This document shows positions 35,739 through 38,036 of a stretch of 38,036 nucleotides of DNA, in pieces (position 1 is the first letter of the stretch; every line of letters starts with the position of its first letter). The notes below the pieces were generated by a model. The model did not search any database. It was not told the DNA's origin and was given only the letters and a program-made list of their open reading frames with translations. The position numbers were made by a program, and so were the translations under genes. Source of the DNA: a virus (taxonomy: Duplodnaviria; Caudoviricetes); the IMG/VR virus record IMGVR_UViG_3300048562_000085, positions 1 through 38,036 of that record; one strand, written 5' to 3'.

Positions 35739-36560
35739 ATGGCAATCGGATGGACTGAAAAACGCAACAGCCGCTCCTCGACGGAGAACCCAAAAGGGGC
35801 CGTCCTGCGTTACACGCTCACAGGGATCACCTCGGAGACGCTGGCTCGAGCCTACGCACGCGCGGCGTCTGTTGTCATCTACCGCGGCCTCTACCGCACA
35901 GACATTCGCCTGGATCCGACGGGCCTGGGAATGTGGAACGTGGAGGTCTCCTACGGGCCATATTCCGGGAAAGAGCCGGTGGTCGGCGATTTCAAGTGGA
36001 CCTTCGACACCACTGGCGGCACGACGCATATCACCAATGCCATCGAGCACATAGCCGATTACGGCGAAGGCGCCCCAAATCACCTCGGGGCAATTGGAGT
36101 CAACAGCGATGGGGACGTCGAAGGCTGTGACATCGGCACGAGCGCCAGGAAATGGACGGAGACTTGGCAGTTCAGCGCAGCCGCGGTGGGATTCGGATAC
36201 GGTGACATCGTCGAGGATCTCACGTTCACGACCAACTTGTCGACGTTCCGAGGAAAAGCGGCCGGATATGTGCTGTTCATGGGGGCAACGGGCGGGGGTT
36301 CGAACAAGGATCCCAACATCGTCGAGCTGACATTTACGTTTGCGACCGGCAAGGCGCTCATAAACCAAACGATCTGCGGGATCGCCGGGGTAAGCAAGCT
36401 CCCATGGGAATACCTCTGGTTTGAGTACGCGAAAACCACGGCGACGGGTGACGTCAAGCGCAAGGTCCGGAAATTAGTGGGTATTCACCGCGAGAAGGTT
36501 TTCGACGCAGCGGAATTTTCGCTACTGCGAATCGGCACTGGATCGGTACCCGGGACGTAA
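35739..36560 (+). CDS. Putative distal tail/hub protein
   Basis: Immediately after tape measure; TN..TFRG..AG.VLFMGA and K.PWEYLW motifs. Confidence 0.6.
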   Translation: MAIGWTEKRNSRSSTENPKGAVLRYTLTGITSETLARAYARAASVVIYRGLYRTDIRLDPTGLGMWNVEVSYGPYSGKEPVVGDFKWTFDTTGGTTHITNAIEHIADYGEGAPNHLGAIGVNSDGDVEGCDIGTSARKWTETWQFSAAAVGFGYGDIVEDLTFTTNLSTFRGKAAGYVLFMGATGGGSNKDPNIVELTFTFATGKALINQTICGIAGVSKLPWEYLWFEYAKTTATGDVKRKVRKLVGIHREKVFDAAEFSLLRIGTGSVPGT

Positions 36561-36562
36561 TC

Positions 36563-38036
36563 ATGGGCGACGTATTCAAAAAGGTACAGCCAGGCGACCC
36601 GCTTCGCTTCCCTGCACCGGTCTACAACGCGATGATCGATCTGATTCAGCCGGGGGCGCCGTCGCCCAGCGCTGGAGATGTGATTCGCGGCCGGCGCTCT
36701 GGTGGAATTGTCGACGTCCACAACAACGGAACGGCGGACGTTCTTGCCGGCGGCATTCTAGGGATCGGTGGGCCACTCTGGACACCCGAGGAGAATGAGG
36801 ACGATTTTCTCTATGATCCGTCACTGACCGGCGTCGAACCCATGGCGGCCAACGACCGCGGAAAGTTCGTCGTTGCGTTGGAGCCGATTCCGGCGGATGA
36901 AATCGGGAAGTGCGTGGTGAGCGGAATAGCGCCGGCGCTCGTCTATGTAACTTCCTATCAGGACAAATTCTGCGATGTCATCGACGTAGAAACCGTGGAC
37001 GGCGAAGACTGTTACCTCGGCAGCGGCCCCACGGGCGCCCAGATCCTTTGGTGGGAGGCTGTGAGCGCTGACGATGAGGGATCAATTGTGTGGGCCATTG
37101 TACGCCTCGGTGGCGTAGGCCCATCCCTGATACGTGCTAAGCTCACTGAAAACCTCAGCAGCTGCGGTACAGCCTCGGCTACCGTGTTGATCGGGGAAGA
37201 TGGATGCACCGAGGCCGAGACCGTTGAGATATGCGACCTACTTGGGGTGGTTGAAGCCAGCGTGATCGCCGAGGACGGCGGCGAGGCGATGCGCATACCG
37301 TCTGGGAGTACGGTGTATGCCCAGCGCATTTGGGAGGCGTCGACCGAGGTCGGTTCTCCCACAAAATACGAGGCAATTGCATTTGGCTTAGGCCAATGCT
37401 GCACGGATGGTTCGGGCGACAGTGGTTCTCTGCCAAGCGAAACACCGCCGAGTGGAGGTTCCGGCAGTAGCGGCTCTGGTAGTGGCTCCAGTGGCAGCGG
37501 ATCGAGCGAAAGTGGGTCGAGCGGATCAAGTCAGAGCGGTTCTAATCAATCGTCGAGCAACCCATGTCCATCCGGCCAATGTCTTGTTTATGTCGAAGGC
37601 GAGGGCTATGTTTGCCGGCCGTGCAGTGGATCCAGCGGATCTGGAGGTTCCGGCAGCGGCGGAAGTCAAGGAGGGTCCAGCGGTTCTCAAAGCCAGTCCG
37701 GTAGCGGTTCGGGCGGATCCCAGAGCGGCAGTGGTTCGGGCGGATCCGGATCTGGAGGGTCACAGAGCCAATCCGGTAGCGGATCTGGTGGATCTGATTC
37801 GCAGGGTTCCCAAAGCCAAAGCGGATCTGGCGGAAGTGGATCTGGCTCTGGCGGTTCGGGATCGGGTGATTCTGGTGGATCCGGTTCCGGTGGCAGTGCT
37901 TCGGGGTCAGGCGGATCGTCGGGAGGTAGCGGCGGATCGTCGGGAGGTAGCGGCGGATCGTCGGGAGGTAGCGGCGGATCGTCGGGAGGTAGCGGCGGAT
38001 CGTCGGGAGGTAGCGGCGGATCGTCGGGAGGTAGCG
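36563..38036 (+). CDS. Tail-associated protein with Cys clusters and Gly/Ser-rich tract (3'-truncated; absent from ORF track)
   Basis: MGDVFKKVQPGDPLRFPAPVYNAMID...; I found no in-frame stop before the window end. Confidence 0.8.
   Translation, partial: MGDVFKKVQPGDPLRFPAPVYNAMIDLIQPGAPSPSAGDVIRGRRSGGIVDVHNNGTADVLAGGILGIGGPLWTPEENEDDFLYDPSLTGVEPMAANDRGKFVVALEPIPADEIGKCVVSGIAPALVYVTSYQDKFCDVIDVETVDGEDCYLGSGPTGAQILWWEAVSADDEGSIVWAIVRLGGVGPSLIRAKLTENLSSCGTASATVLIGEDGCTEAETVEICDLLGVVEASVIAEDGGEAMRIPSGSTVYAQRIWEASTEVGSPTKYEAIAFGLGQCCTDGSGDSGSLPSETPPSGGSGSSGSGSGSSGSGSSESGSSGSSQSGSNQSSSNPCPSGQCLVYVEGEGYVCRPCSGSSGSGGSGSGGSQGGSSGSQSQSGSGSGGSQSGSGSGGSGSGGSQSQSGSGSGGSDSQGSQSQSGSGGSGSGSGGSGSGDSGGSGSGGSASGSGGSSGGSGGSSGGSGGSSGGSGGSSGGSGGSSGGSGGSSGGS
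37910..38036 (+). repeat. Six exact tandem copies of a 21-bp unit encoding GGSSGGS
   Basis: GGCGGATCGTCGGGAGGTAGC x6, running off the window end. Confidence 0.95.

Larger units (their letters stand above)
1..38036 (+). mobile_element. Lambda-like long-tailed phage/prophage, partial genome
   Basis: Co-oriented terminase-portal-protease-capsid-tail tube-chaperone-tape measure order, plus phage-type early genes. No integrase, repressor or host housekeeping gene recognised in the window. Confidence 0.96.

Noticed and set aside
37910-38036. 21-bp repeats as a CRISPR array
   Set aside because: The copies are contiguous with no spacers, in frame within a coding sequence, and no cas genes are present.

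Overview
This window is a GC-rich, lambda-like siphophage or prophage segment with essentially every credible gene on the + strand. Protein motifs suggest a Planctomycetota host, but that is inference. From 1 to about 12.3 kb is an early/middle region: three DNA methyltransferases, an initiator-like gene containing an iteron/AT-rich ori, DUF4031, ParB, a YfdP/YfdQ(DUF2303)/YfdR-like trio interrupted by a short CsrA homolog that the ORF track missed, and DUF5131. From about 12.3 to 21.4 kb, where a lysis cassette is expected, I recognise no endolysin. Instead there is a secreted papain-like (C1) protease, a metacaspase (C14), several small membrane-active or secreted proteins, and two large carbohydrate-active adhesin-like proteins. 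A lambda cosQ-like site follows, then terminase, portal, ClpP prohead protease/scaffold, decoration, capsid and tail genes. The window ends inside a Gly/Ser-rich tail protein with a 21-bp tandem repeat. The best candidate for an undescribed system is the two-protease plus membrane-peptide late cassette. All family calls come from motif recognition by eye, not database searches.
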